Below are positions 1 through 9,288 of a stretch of 64,000 nucleotides of DNA, piece by piece. Source of the DNA: Candidatus Nanohaloarchaea archaeon (lineage in GTDB: Archaea > Nanohalarchaeota > Nanosalinia > Nanosalinales > Nanosalinaceae); the NCBI GenBank assembly GCA_042218325.1, contig JBDGRE010000010.1, positions 10,524 through 74,523 of the forward strand, given 5' to 3'. A program made the position numbers and the translations under genes. Numbering within the stretch: position 1 is the stretch's first letter; each line of letters opens with the position of its first letter. Below the pieces are notes generated by a model. It saw only the letters and a list, made by a program, of their open reading frames with translations. It was not told where the DNA came from and did no database searches.

Positions 1-477
1 TCCGATTACGGGGGGACCGGTGTCGAGGTCATAAACAGCATCGACGATTTTGAGCCGCGGGAAGGATTGCTGGTCCAGAGGTTCGTGGACCCGACCGAAG
101 GCCTTCCAGGCTTCGATGTCAGCGGGCCGCACGACCTGCGTATTCAGGTGCTCAGCGGCGATCCTGCAGGAGCGCAGGTCAGGGTTCCTGAATCAGGGTG
201 GGTCAGCAACGTGCACCGTGGCGGGGAGACTTTCTTCGTCGAACTGGAGGATGTCCCGGACCGGGCGCTGGAGATAGTCGAGGAGGTCGCGGAAGTACTC
301 TCTGCGCACGACCCGTCTTTCTACTCCGTGGACTTCGTATTCGACAGGGATGGCCGGCCGTGGATACTCGAGTTGAACTCCAAGCCGGGGCTGGTTTTCT
401 ACGGCAGCGAAGAACTGGAGGAATCCAAGAAGAAGCTGATGGAAAAGGTCGTGGAAGAGCTGGTAGATGCCGTCTAA
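1..477 (+). CDS. ATP-grasp ligase, RimK/YheCD-like (5' end outside window)
   Basis: Frame is open from base 1 (SDYGGTGVEV...). Motifs QRFV, DLRI, WVSNVHRGG, VDF, LELNSKPG. Confidence 0.8.
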   Translation, partial: SDYGGTGVEVINSIDDFEPREGLLVQRFVDPTEGLPGFDVSGPHDLRIQVLSGDPAGAQVRVPESGWVSNVHRGGETFFVELEDVPDRALEIVEEVAEVLSAHDPSFYSVDFVFDRDGRPWILELNSKPGLVFYGSEELEESKKKLMEKVVEELVDAV

Positions 478-1346
478 GATCGCTTCATGGCTTTTTCGTG
501 CATCCGCTCCACGAGCTGCAGGACGACGTCCTGGCCGATTATCTCGTTCATTGTCTCGTTCACGGCGAACGCGCCGTTGACCTCGATTATGTAGTAGTCG
601 CCATCCACTTCTATCATGTCGCAGCCGCAGATATCGAAGCCCGTGGATCTCGCGGCTCTCAGCGCGATCTGCTCCATCTTGTCGTTTACCTCCACGTCGA
701 TCCTTTCGCCCCCCGCGGAGATGTTCGAGCGCCAGTCCTCGCCTCCCGAGGTCCTGCCGTACGCGGTCACGTAGTCGCCTATCACGACCATTCGCGTGTC
801 GCTGCCGCCGTGCTCTATGTACTCCTGGAGGCAGATGTCCTGCTCCAGTGACTTCATCGTATCCATGACCGGCTTCAGCTCGTTCTCGCTGCCAGCCCGC
901 ATGACGCCTGTACCGCCCGCGCCTCTCACAGTCTTCATTATGACCGGGTAGCCCAGTCTCTCCGCGGCGCTGACCGCCATACCTGGTGACAGGGTGTAGA
1001 CGGAGTCAGGTACGTTGACTCCGTTCTCCGCGAGCACTTTCATGTTGTAGAACTTGTTTGAGTCGTATGCGAACGTGTCGTTCTCGGCCTGTGTTACAAC
1101 GCCCTCGTTGTTCAGCACTTCCACGAGGTGCTCGGCGAATATGGCGTCACGGTCATCTATCCGGACGTAGACCGCATCGAACTCTGTCAGGTCGATATCC
1201 TTGTAGAGAACTTTCTGTTCCTCCCCGTGGACGTACTTGAGGCCGTCGACCGGGGCCGCGAGCACGGAGTCGAATATGTCTTCCGCCCTGTCGATTATCA
1301 GCTGGTGCTTTGTCGATATCTCGCCGTAGACTATCGCCAGCTTCAT
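474..1346 (-). CDS. RimK/LysX family alpha-L-glutamate ligase (ATP-grasp)
   Basis: NKFYN, YPVIMKTVRGAGGTGV, LQEYI, DTRMVVIG, WRSNISAGG, CGCD, IEVN. Confidence 0.9.
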   Translation of the reverse strand: MKLAIVYGEISTKHQLIIDRAEDIFDSVLAAPVDGLKYVHGEEQKVLYKDIDLTEFDAVYVRIDDRDAIFAEHLVEVLNNEGVVTQAENDTFAYDSNKFYNMKVLAENGVNVPDSVYTLSPGMAVSAAERLGYPVIMKTVRGAGGTGVMRAGSENELKPVMDTMKSLEQDICLQEYIEHGGSDTRMVVIGDYVTAYGRTSGGEDWRSNISAGGERIDVEVNDKMEQIALRAARSTGFDICGCDMIEVDGDYYIIEVNGAFAVNETMNEIIGQDVVLQLVERMHEKAMKRS

Positions 1347-2153
1347 CTACGGGCCCTCCTTTAGGTGGTCTGCTACCATCGAGTAAGCGTTTTTGCCGGA
1401 GACCTCTGTGTACATCTCAAGGTCAGGGTTGGGATTCAGGTCGAACACCTGTTCACCTCTCATGAGAACCTCGGCGACCGGCGCCCCTATCGCGCGGGCT
1501 GTCTCCCTGACGGTCTCTTTCTTCTCATCCGATACGTTGGAGTATTTCAGGCTGTCCTTGCTGAAGCGCCAGCCGTCGGAGCTGTCTTCTATCGATATTA
1601 TCCGGTCGCCCACTACGAGGCAGCGGTACTTCTCGCCATCCTTCAGCTCGTGGAAGAGCAGGACGTCCTCCTCGTACTCGGAGCCCTGCACGAAGTCCTT
1701 GACCTCTTCTATCCCGTACATCTTCCTGCTCTCCGTCTCCTCGAGGTCCTCGAATCTCCTGCCGACCGCCGGTAGTTCCAGTTCCTGCTCTATGTTCCTT
1801 GCTGCTTTCTCCGTCGCCACCGCGACGGTCCTGGGGGCGGGAAGCCCTCTCTCGTTCAGGACGTAGTAGAGGTAGTTCTTCTTCGACATCACGAAGAACG
1901 CGGTGGACGGGTAGTTGGTGTGTACGCCGCGCTCCTGCATCGTCTCTATAAGAACCCGGCCGAATATAGCGTTTTTAGGCGGTAACCGGAGGAAGGCGGC
2001 GTCGAACTTCCCTACAGTGTCCTCGTCGGCCCGTACATCTGCTTTACCTTCGATTATCTCGGGTGAGAGGTTGTCTATATCTTTATGTTCGACTTCCTCG
2101 AAGAACTCCTCGAACTCCGGTACATGGCTTTCAGCTGCTATCAGGAGCCTCAT
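1347..2153 (-). CDS. RimK-like ATP-grasp protein, degenerate active site
   Basis: KKNYLYYVLNERGLPAPRT, YRCLVVGD, DLNPNP. No Gly-rich GxxGxGV loop and no ExN. Confidence 0.75.
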   Translation of the reverse strand: MRLLIAAESHVPEFEEFFEEVEHKDIDNLSPEIIEGKADVRADEDTVGKFDAAFLRLPPKNAIFGRVLIETMQERGVHTNYPSTAFFVMSKKNYLYYVLNERGLPAPRTVAVATEKAARNIEQELELPAVGRRFEDLEETESRKMYGIEEVKDFVQGSEYEEDVLLFHELKDGEKYRCLVVGDRIISIEDSSDGWRFSKDSLKYSNVSDEKKETVRETARAIGAPVAEVLMRGEQVFDLNPNPDLEMYTEVSGKNAYSMVADHLKEGP

Positions 2154-3672
2154 CTTCTTCCTCCCCCTCCGGGTTCCAGAGCCTCGTGACCCTTTCGCCC
2201 GACCTCCAGTTCTCCATGTAGCTCTCCAGCGGTTCAGGCATCGCTTTCGTAAGCAGTCTTCCCTGCCGCAGTATCTTCCTGAGCCGGGTCTCCAGCGTCT
2301 TCGACAGTTCGTCGTAGTAAGTCTTCTCCGAGTACATGAGCTCGTTCTTCAGCCTCCAGTGGGCGGTGGTCCCTTCCGGCGCGATGACCATGTAACCGCC
2401 GTCAGGCAGCTTGTCCATGGCCTCGTAAAGGTCCTTCTGGTCGACGTAGTAGACGCCTCCCATCCTCCGGTTAGGATCTATCACCAGTACCTCTTCTCCC
2501 TCCATGCCGACCGCGAGCACGTAGTTACCTTCCTCGGCCTCCGGGAACAGCTGTGACTTGTCGAAGTAAGGTATCGCGACCGCGCCGTCGTTGAACCAGG
2601 CCTTCAGCTCGTCGCCGAGCTCTGTTATCTTCTCTATCTCGACGAAGCCGGCTCTCGCGTCTTCCTCTGTCAGCTCCTCGACCGCCGCCATCAGCTCCGC
2701 GGGTTCTGTACCTTCTTCTGTAGTCCCTGCCTTCTCGCCGATCTCATCTTGATCGTACCGGTAGCCGAGGATGTCGAGAGCCATCTCGACCGAGGCAGGT
2801 CCGCAGTAGGACGGCTGCTGCGCAACGAAATGCTTCTTTATATCCTCGAGAGTGTCGATATCGCTCTTCGTCCTCTTGAACTTGACCTGTGAGTCCATGA
2901 CCTCACTGTTCGGTGTGAGCAGGGTGTATCCGGTATCTGTTTCCACGGTAGTGCTGAAAAGAGAGATGTTCCTTATCTCGCCCTTGTCTTCCTCAAGCCT
3001 TACCTCTTCTCCCGGCCGGACAAGCCGCGAGTTCTTGAGGTATATGCCGGCCGCGAAGTTCTGGAACAGGTCCTTGAAGCCGTAGAAAAGAAGGCCTGCT
3101 ACGAGGAACGCGGCAGCCCACGAGGAAGCGGTGACGAGCTGGTCGACGAACGTCTCCCCTATACCGAGCTGTCCCAGGGCTATCTGCAGCAGCAGTAGGT
3201 ACAGGAAAGCCTTGAAAAGGCCGGCCGTGACCTCGAGTGCGCTGCCGGAAAGCCCTATCTCCTGGAAGTAACGTTTGACTCCGAGCGCCTCGAGCAGCTC
3301 CGCCCCTATCTTTGTCGAAAGGTCGATAGCTATGATGCCCAGTATGCCGACAAGTGCGGCCGAGACCAGCCGGGGAAGGAACTCCACGAACTCGGTCGTT
3401 ACCTGGGTGGTGATGCCTGTGTTGAGGTACAGTAGCGCCAGTATGACTACAGCACCGTCAAGCAGGTAGTTGAGGTACTGGAGTGCCTCATGTCTCTCCT
3501 GTATATCTTTCTTCGAAAGGCCCTGCTTGCCGGATATCCATACTCTTCTCAGGAGCTTGTCGAACAGCTTGACGCCTATGTGGCCGAATACAAGTATCAG
3601 CAGGGCGAAAAGCACCCTTACAAGGGCGTCCTCACCGCTCGCGGGTGCGAGCAGGGACGAGTTCAGGGCCAT
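2131..3672 (-). CDS. Small-conductance mechanosensitive channel (MscS) fused to C-terminal papain/C39-like domain
   Basis: Several N-terminal TM segments, then MscS core GFKDLFQNFAAGIYL...GEEV...GEIRNISLFST...PNS, then QQPSYCGPAS...GNYVLAVG...VIDP. Confidence 0.85.
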   Translation of the reverse strand: MALNSSLLAPASGEDALVRVLFALLILVFGHIGVKLFDKLLRRVWISGKQGLSKKDIQERHEALQYLNYLLDGAVVILALLYLNTGITTQVTTEFVEFLPRLVSAALVGILGIIAIDLSTKIGAELLEALGVKRYFQEIGLSGSALEVTAGLFKAFLYLLLLQIALGQLGIGETFVDQLVTASSWAAAFLVAGLLFYGFKDLFQNFAAGIYLKNSRLVRPGEEVRLEEDKGEIRNISLFSTTVETDTGYTLLTPNSEVMDSQVKFKRTKSDIDTLEDIKKHFVAQQPSYCGPASVEMALDILGYRYDQDEIGEKAGTTEEGTEPAELMAAVEELTEEDARAGFVEIEKITELGDELKAWFNDGAVAIPYFDKSQLFPEAEEGNYVLAVGMEGEEVLVIDPNRRMGGVYYVDQKDLYEAMDKLPDGGYMVIAPEGTTAHWRLKNELMYSEKTYYDELSKTLETRLRKILRQGRLLTKAMPEPLESYMENWRSGERVTRLWNPEGEEEDEAPDSS

Positions 3673-3692
3673 ACATCCCCAAGTGAGTCGCG

Positions 3693-3708
3693 GGTATTAA
3701 AAAACCGT
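3693..3708 (-). promoter_or_regulatory. Putative archaeal TATA box for the MscS-C39/ATP-grasp operon
   Basis: TTTTTTAATA on the minus strand about 25-30 nt upstream of the ATG at 3672. Confidence 0.45.
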
Positions 3709-3712
3709 GTGC

Positions 3713-4900
3713 TCATTCCAGACCTGTTATCTCTCCTTGACCGATTAAACGCCATCGAGAGCCTATCTGGCGGGAAATCGCCACCCGGTCGCCCTCCTCC
3801 GCGCATACCGGGACCTTTAACTGGACTCTAACGTTCTCTCCAGCCTGTGTAACTGCTCCAGCGGATTTCTGGGTGCCGACGTTCAGCATCAGGGTTTCCT
3901 TCCCTTTCACGTTCTCTATCTCCTTTTCGTCCTCGGCGCCTACCAGCTGGTCCATCAGTTCGACCTTCATCTCTACGGTGCTGGTGGACTCGGGCAGCTG
4001 GCCCTCGAGCCCCAGAACGTTGCCCGCGAGGCCGTCAGACTTCGCCATGGCGGGGTCAAGATCTGTCTCGACTCCGAGAAGCCCTCCAGGCCTTCCCTCG
4101 TCCACCGGTTTCGATCCTTGCATTATGCCCTCTACCGTTGTCTTGACGGGTTCCCACTCGCCGTTCCTGCGGTTTCCGGGCCTGAGCTCGATTTCATCGC
4201 CTTCTTCGAGTTCGCCCTGGAACAAGCTTCCTCCGACGACTCCGCCGCGGATGTGCTCTGGCGGCGTTCCCGGCTTGTTTATGTCGAAAGACCGGGCCGC
4301 GAGCATCTTCGGCTCCGCGTCCGGGTCCCTGTCGGGAGTCGGGATCTCGCGGTCGATAGCCTCGAGCAGCGCGTCGATGTTGACGCCGTGCTGCGCGCTT
4401 ATCGGGACGATGGGGGCGTCTTCCGCGACGGTGCCCTCCACGAACTCCTTTATCTGCCTGTGGTTCTCCTTTACCTCTTCCTCGCTGACGAGGTCTATCT
4501 TGTTCTGTGCTATGACTATGTTGTCGATGCCAGTTAGGTCGAGCGCGGCGAGGTGCTCCCGGGTCTGGGGCTGTGGACATTCTTCATCCGCCGCGATAAG
4601 GAGAACGGCGCCGTCCATTATGGCTGCGCCGGATAGCACGTTCGCCATCAGGGTCTCGTGGCCCGGTGCGTCGACGAGAGAGACTGTGCGTACTTCCTCG
4701 CCTTCACCGTCAACGTTGAGCTTCCCGTCGCTGTCGTAGTAAGTCACGTCGGCGTAACCGATACGGATGGTTATGCCTCGCCGCAGCTCCTCGGAGTGCT
4801 CGTCGGTCCATTTGCCGGACAGGGCCTGCGTCAGCGTCGTCTTCCCGTGGTCGACGTGACCTACGAGGCCTATGTTTGCTTCAGGTATGCCTTCCATCAT
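3713..4900 (-). CDS. eif2g: Translation initiation factor 2 subunit gamma
   Basis: GHVDHGKTT, EELRRGITIRIGYA, DAPGHE, QTREH, NKID, RWRLIG. Confidence 0.97.
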   Translation of the reverse strand: MMEGIPEANIGLVGHVDHGKTTLTQALSGKWTDEHSEELRRGITIRIGYADVTYYDSDGKLNVDGEGEEVRTVSLVDAPGHETLMANVLSGAAIMDGAVLLIAADEECPQPQTREHLAALDLTGIDNIVIAQNKIDLVSEEEVKENHRQIKEFVEGTVAEDAPIVPISAQHGVNIDALLEAIDREIPTPDRDPDAEPKMLAARSFDINKPGTPPEHIRGGVVGGSLFQGELEEGDEIELRPGNRRNGEWEPVKTTVEGIMQGSKPVDEGRPGGLLGVETDLDPAMAKSDGLAGNVLGLEGQLPESTSTVEMKVELMDQLVGAEDEKEIENVKGKETLMLNVGTQKSAGAVTQAGENVRVQLKVPVCAEEGDRVAISRQIGSRWRLIGQGEITGLE

Positions 4901-4902
4901 TC

Positions 4903-5271
4903 TTAGTCTTCTTCACCGAGGAGTTCTTCCACACTTTTGCTTCCTTCCTCGGCGACTTGGGTGTTCAGCTGCTGGATGTCTTCCGAGACAGTGTCGCCGC
5001 GGACGGATTTCCTTCTCCTGACTCCGTCCTCGTCCTCTTCGATTCCGGCGCCTTCCATGATCAGGACGCGCCTCCTGGCGCTGCCATCGATGCTTTCCCT
5101 CATGGGGAAGCCGTCGCGGTCGCTGCCGCCGGTGATTTCCAGCGTGTAGCCTTCAAGGCCGATAACCCCGCCCTCGAACTCTTCCCCAAGGGTCTTGCCG
5201 ACGAGCCGGGACGCATCCTCTATTTCGGTTTGAAACGTTTCACCATCTTTTGTTCCGATCGTTACCTGCAT
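4903..5271 (-). CDS. rps6e: 30S ribosomal protein eS6
   Basis: ITGGSDRDGFPM, RRRKSVRG. Lies next to aIF2-gamma, a conserved archaeal arrangement. Confidence 0.96.
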   Translation of the reverse strand: MQVTIGTKDGETFQTEIEDASRLVGKTLGEEFEGGVIGLEGYTLEITGGSDRDGFPMRESIDGSARRRVLIMEGAGIEEDEDGVRRRKSVRGDTVSEDIQQLNTQVAEEGSKSVEELLGEED

Positions 5272-5379
5272 TAAGATTCACCCGCTCAGTTGCCCGAGCA
5301 TTGCAGTATCTGAAGACAAACTTTTTAACCCGAGAGGTCGCGACGAGCTTTTTATTCCAGCTCGACGCTTCTCAAAACT

Positions 5380-6813
5380 ATGAGAACCTCGGTGGTGCTG
5401 CAGTTCGTAGGAAGGTTCCTGCAGATATTCTCCGTGACACTGGCGCTGCCGCTTCTCATAGCGATATACTACTCCGAGTCGCTCCTCGTATCCTCCGGTT
5501 TCATCATTGCCTCTCTTTCGGCCATGGTACTCGGTTACGCGGTCAAGATGGCGGGGGATACACATGACCCGACCACAGAGGAGGCGATGTTCGCGACCGT
5601 CCTCGGATGGACGCTGGCGATAGGTTTCGGGGCGATACCACTGATGGTACACATGAACATCTTCGATGCGTTCTTCGAGAGCGCCGCCGGCCTGACGACC
5701 ACGGGCATCTCGATGTTCCTGGCACCGGAAAAACTGCCCCGCTCCATACTTTTCTGGCGCTCCTTCATGCAGTGGATAGGCGGCCTCGGTATACTCACCT
5801 TCTTCATCGCGGTCATCAGGGAATCCGGAGGTGTATCACGGAGGCTGTTCTCTGCCGAGGCGCACAAAACCGATTCCGGCTCTATAAGACCTTCGCTCAC
5901 GAAATCTATCATAGCGCTGGCAAAAGTATACGGCTTCCTGACCACAGTTATAGTCGTGGTCTACATGATGCTGGGTGTCAGCCCCTTCAATGCAGTGCTG
6001 CACTCGTTCTCCGCGATATCGACGGGAGGGTTCTCCACGATGGCCGCGAGCATAGGAGGTTTCTCGGTACCTGTCCAGGCCGCTACTGTTGCCTTCATGT
6101 TCATCGGAGGTGTCAACTTCGTGCTGCTCTACCGCGTTCTGAAGGCCGACGTATCCGCGCTTGCTCGTAACTCGGAGTTCCTGCTGTACTCCAAGATATT
6201 CCTGCTCGTCGCTGGCTTCGTCTCGCTCGAGCTGCTGATGAAGGGTTATTCGCCTTTTGACGCCGGACTCGAGGGCCTTTTCCAGTCTGCAGCCCTGATC
6301 TCGTCGACGGGGTACGGCACGATATCTCTGATGGGCTTCTCGGCGGTCATGCAGCTCATCTTCATCGCCGTTATGTTCGTCGGCGGCTCGCTAGGCTCGA
6401 CATCTGGAGGCCTGAAGATATTCCGCCTGAAGACGTTGATGGAGCTACTGAGGACGAGGATACGCGCTTACTCGCTTCCCGAGACCGCGATCAACGAGGT
6501 GAAGATAGACGGGCAGATCCTGGAGAGCTCCACGGTCAGGACCATCTCGGTACTGTTCTTCATCTGGGCGGCGTCCACGTTCCTGCTCGCCGCGTTCACC
6601 ATGGCTTTAGAGGGTGTCGGGCTGATGGCCGCCATGTCCGGCAGCGTCTCGGCTATAGGCAATATGGGGCCCGTCTTCATGGAGGGTGAACGGATGGTGG
6701 CTCTGTCACCGCTTGTCAAGGTGGCGTGGATAATAGGGATGCTCGCCGGTCGACTGGAGATGCTGCCGCTGCTGGCAATCTTTAATAGCGACCTGTTCAA
6801 AGACTTTTCCTGA
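5380..6813 (+). CDS. trkH: Trk potassium uptake membrane subunit
   Basis: FFESAAGLTTTG, WRSFMQWIGGLG, STGGFS, GGSLGSTSGGLK, GNMGP, GRLE. Confidence 0.95.
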   Translation: MRTSVVLQFVGRFLQIFSVTLALPLLIAIYYSESLLVSSGFIIASLSAMVLGYAVKMAGDTHDPTTEEAMFATVLGWTLAIGFGAIPLMVHMNIFDAFFESAAGLTTTGISMFLAPEKLPRSILFWRSFMQWIGGLGILTFFIAVIRESGGVSRRLFSAEAHKTDSGSIRPSLTKSIIALAKVYGFLTTVIVVVYMMLGVSPFNAVLHSFSAISTGGFSTMAASIGGFSVPVQAATVAFMFIGGVNFVLLYRVLKADVSALARNSEFLLYSKIFLLVAGFVSLELLMKGYSPFDAGLEGLFQSAALISSTGYGTISLMGFSAVMQLIFIAVMFVGGSLGSTSGGLKIFRLKTLMELLRTRIRAYSLPETAINEVKIDGQILESSTVRTISVLFFIWAASTFLLAAFTMALEGVGLMAAMSGSVSAIGNMGPVFMEGERMVALSPLVKVAWIIGMLAGRLEMLPLLAIFNSDLFKDFS

Positions 6814-6816
6814 AGG

Positions 6817-7476
6817 ATGTACGTAGTGATAGCAGGGATAAACACGTTATCCCGCAGGCTCGTAAACCGGCTGGAAGAAAGGCACGATGTCGTCATAATC
6901 GACGCGGACGAGGACAGGTGCAAGCGGCTGTACTCCTCATCCGGGGCGACGGTCATCAACAAGTCTCCCGCCACACTATCTGCGCTCGAGGATGCGGGTA
7001 TCACCGAGGCAGACGTGCTGATATCGACGTCGAAGGACGACAACGAGAACATGGTGATATGCTCTCTCGGCAAGAAGTACGGTGTCCCTAAAGTGGTCGC
7101 GCGGGTCGAGGACGACGAGTACTACGACGCTTTCCAGGTCATCGGCGCGGAAACCATCGGCCACACAGACATCCTGATATCAGAGTTTCTATCTGCCGTG
7201 GAGCATCCGTACCTCGTGAAGCTCGCCAACCTCGAGAACGACCGCGAAGTCCTCAAGGCGTCGATCAACGAGGATTCCGACCTGATAGGCTCTACAGTCA
7301 AGGAGCTGCAGCAGGACGAAGAGTTCCCGGACAGGTTCAAGGTCTCGGCGGTAGTCCAGCCGGACAAGGTGCTGACGGGCGACATGAACATCCGCATAGA
7401 TGAGGACGACCAGCTCGTCCTGATAGGCCCGGAGGAATCCAAGCCACAGCTCGACAACTTCTTCCAGAAACAGTGA
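6817..7476 (+). CDS. trkA: Trk regulatory subunit (RCK N and C domains)
   Basis: Rossmann-like N-terminus, LEDAGITEADVLI...DNEN; directly follows trkH. Confidence 0.9.
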   Translation: MYVVIAGINTLSRRLVNRLEERHDVVIIDADEDRCKRLYSSSGATVINKSPATLSALEDAGITEADVLISTSKDDNENMVICSLGKKYGVPKVVARVEDDEYYDAFQVIGAETIGHTDILISEFLSAVEHPYLVKLANLENDREVLKASINEDSDLIGSTVKELQQDEEFPDRFKVSAVVQPDKVLTGDMNIRIDEDDQLVLIGPEESKPQLDNFFQKQ

Positions 7477-7551
7477 ACCGGTTTAAAACAGTTTCTATGA
7501 CTTCGGGGACAGTATCTGATTTTTAAGATTTTCTTGCAGGACTGGCTCAAC

Positions 7552-7797
7552 ATGTTCGGAAACCGTTTCGACGTACGTGAAGCACAGGAGTATTGGCAGG
7601 AGATAAAGGAGGAAGACTCCGAGTACGGTCATTTCCAGCTCTACAGGGACGGAAGGGACTCGGACAACATCTTCAAGCAGGCTCTCTCACTATACTGTAA
7701 GCGCAACACAGGCTTCGAGGAAGCCTCTGAACAGGGTTTGAGCGGAAGAGAACTTGAACCCGGAGAAACAGCGGCCTTCAACCGGCTTGACGACTGA
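7552..7797 (+). CDS. Hypothetical acidic protein
   Basis: ORF with host-like acidic composition filling the intergenic space; ATG at 7552. Confidence 0.55.
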   Translation: MFGNRFDVREAQEYWQEIKEEDSEYGHFQLYRDGRDSDNIFKQALSLYCKRNTGFEEASEQGLSGRELEPGETAAFNRLDD

Positions 7798-7839
7798 CCT
7801 CTCAGAACCTGTAAAAAAGCCGCGGAAGATAAATTTGAT

Positions 7840-9255
7840 ATGACAGCGATAGCGTGGCTCCGGCGGTCGATGCGCGTTCACGACAACACCGCTCTAATCA
7901 AGGCGGCAGAGGAACACAACCGTGTCATACCTTTCTACGTCATCGACGAGGACTACTTCTCCCGCACAGAGCTTGGATATCCAAGGTTAAAATTCTGGCG
8001 CGACTCCCTGCTCGAACTCCGGGAAAAACTGGAGCAGCGGGGCAGCGACCTCGTGGTGAGGAATGGGTCGCCTGTCGAAAAGCTCAAGGAGATAAATAGA
8101 ACTGCGGACGCGGACGCGGTCTACTTCAACCGCGACTACTCGCCATACTCGAGAAAGAGGGATGAAAAGGTGCGGGAGCTGGATGTCGAAGTGAACAACT
8201 TCAAGGACATCGTGATGTTCGAGAAGGAGGAGATAACAACTAACTCGGGCAGTCCTTACAAAGTTTACAGCTACTACCGCGATAAGTGGTTTGAGAATGA
8301 GAAACCGCGGCCGCGGAAATTACCGGGGTTCGAAACACCTGAGATCGAGAGCGGCGAGATACCCTCCGTCGAAAAGCTCGGCTACGAGGAACCAGACGAA
8401 CTCGAATGGACCTGGAACCCGGGAAGAGAAGCGGGTAGGAAGAAGCTGGAGGATTTCATGGACCGGATCGGCCGGTATGATGAGGAGCGAGACCTCGCGC
8501 CGAAGGACTCGACTTCAAGGCTATCACCGCACCTCAAGTTTGGCACGGTATCGATCCGGGAAGCTTTCTGGGAGGCCGAGAGAGCGAAAGCAAGAGGTGC
8601 CGACGAGGACGGCGTGCGCGTATGGCAGGAGGAGCTTGCGTGGCGCGACTTCTACTTCCAGGTCATGTACAACTACCCGTACTGCGTCGAGAAGCCGTTC
8701 CTCGAGGAGTACGAGAGCATCGACTGGCGTGACGGTCAGGAGGCACGGGCCGACTGGGAGGCTCTGAAGCGAGGAAAGACAGGGTTCCCATTCGTCGACG
8801 CCGGCATGCGCCAGCTAAAACGCGAGGGCTGGATGCACAACCGTCTCAGGATGGTGGTTACCAGCTTCGCCGCAAAAGATCTCCACATCGACTGGAAGCT
8901 GCTCCACCGCTACTTCAAGAGGATGTTCGTCGACGCCGAACTCTCGGCGATGATAGGGGGTATCCAGTGGGCCTACTCGATAGGAACTGATGCGCAGCCG
9001 TATTTCCGCGTCTTCAACCCGTGGACACAGGGCGAGAAGTACGACCCGTCGGGAGGATACATCCGCGAGTACGTTCCCGAGCTCTCCGAGGTGCCGGACG
9101 AATACATCCATGAACCTCACAAGATGCCGGAGGAAGTCCAGGAGGAGACGGGCTGCATCATCGGCGATGATTACCCGGAGCCGGTGGTCGACCACCAGGA
9201 GGAGAAGCAGCGCGCGGTCGAGATGTTCGAAAAGGCCCGGGAAGCCAGCGATTAA
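7840..9255 (+). CDS. phrB: Deoxyribodipyrimidine (CPD) photolyase
   Basis: WLRRSMRVHDN, TSRLSPHLKFG, ELAWRDF, GKTGFPFVDAGMRQL, GWMHNRLRM, YFRVFNP. Confidence 0.96.
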   Translation: MTAIAWLRRSMRVHDNTALIKAAEEHNRVIPFYVIDEDYFSRTELGYPRLKFWRDSLLELREKLEQRGSDLVVRNGSPVEKLKEINRTADADAVYFNRDYSPYSRKRDEKVRELDVEVNNFKDIVMFEKEEITTNSGSPYKVYSYYRDKWFENEKPRPRKLPGFETPEIESGEIPSVEKLGYEEPDELEWTWNPGREAGRKKLEDFMDRIGRYDEERDLAPKDSTSRLSPHLKFGTVSIREAFWEAERAKARGADEDGVRVWQEELAWRDFYFQVMYNYPYCVEKPFLEEYESIDWRDGQEARADWEALKRGKTGFPFVDAGMRQLKREGWMHNRLRMVVTSFAAKDLHIDWKLLHRYFKRMFVDAELSAMIGGIQWAYSIGTDAQPYFRVFNPWTQGEKYDPSGGYIREYVPELSEVPDEYIHEPHKMPEEVQEETGCIIGDDYPEPVVDHQEEKQRAVEMFEKAREASD

Positions 9256-9288
9256 TTTACTTAAACATACGCGAGGAAACCAACACCA

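Noticed and set aside
474-5271. RimK modifying the nearby ribosomal protein S6
   Set aside because: Archaeal eS6 is not homologous to bacterial bS6, and the ATP-grasp operon appears to have its own promoter.
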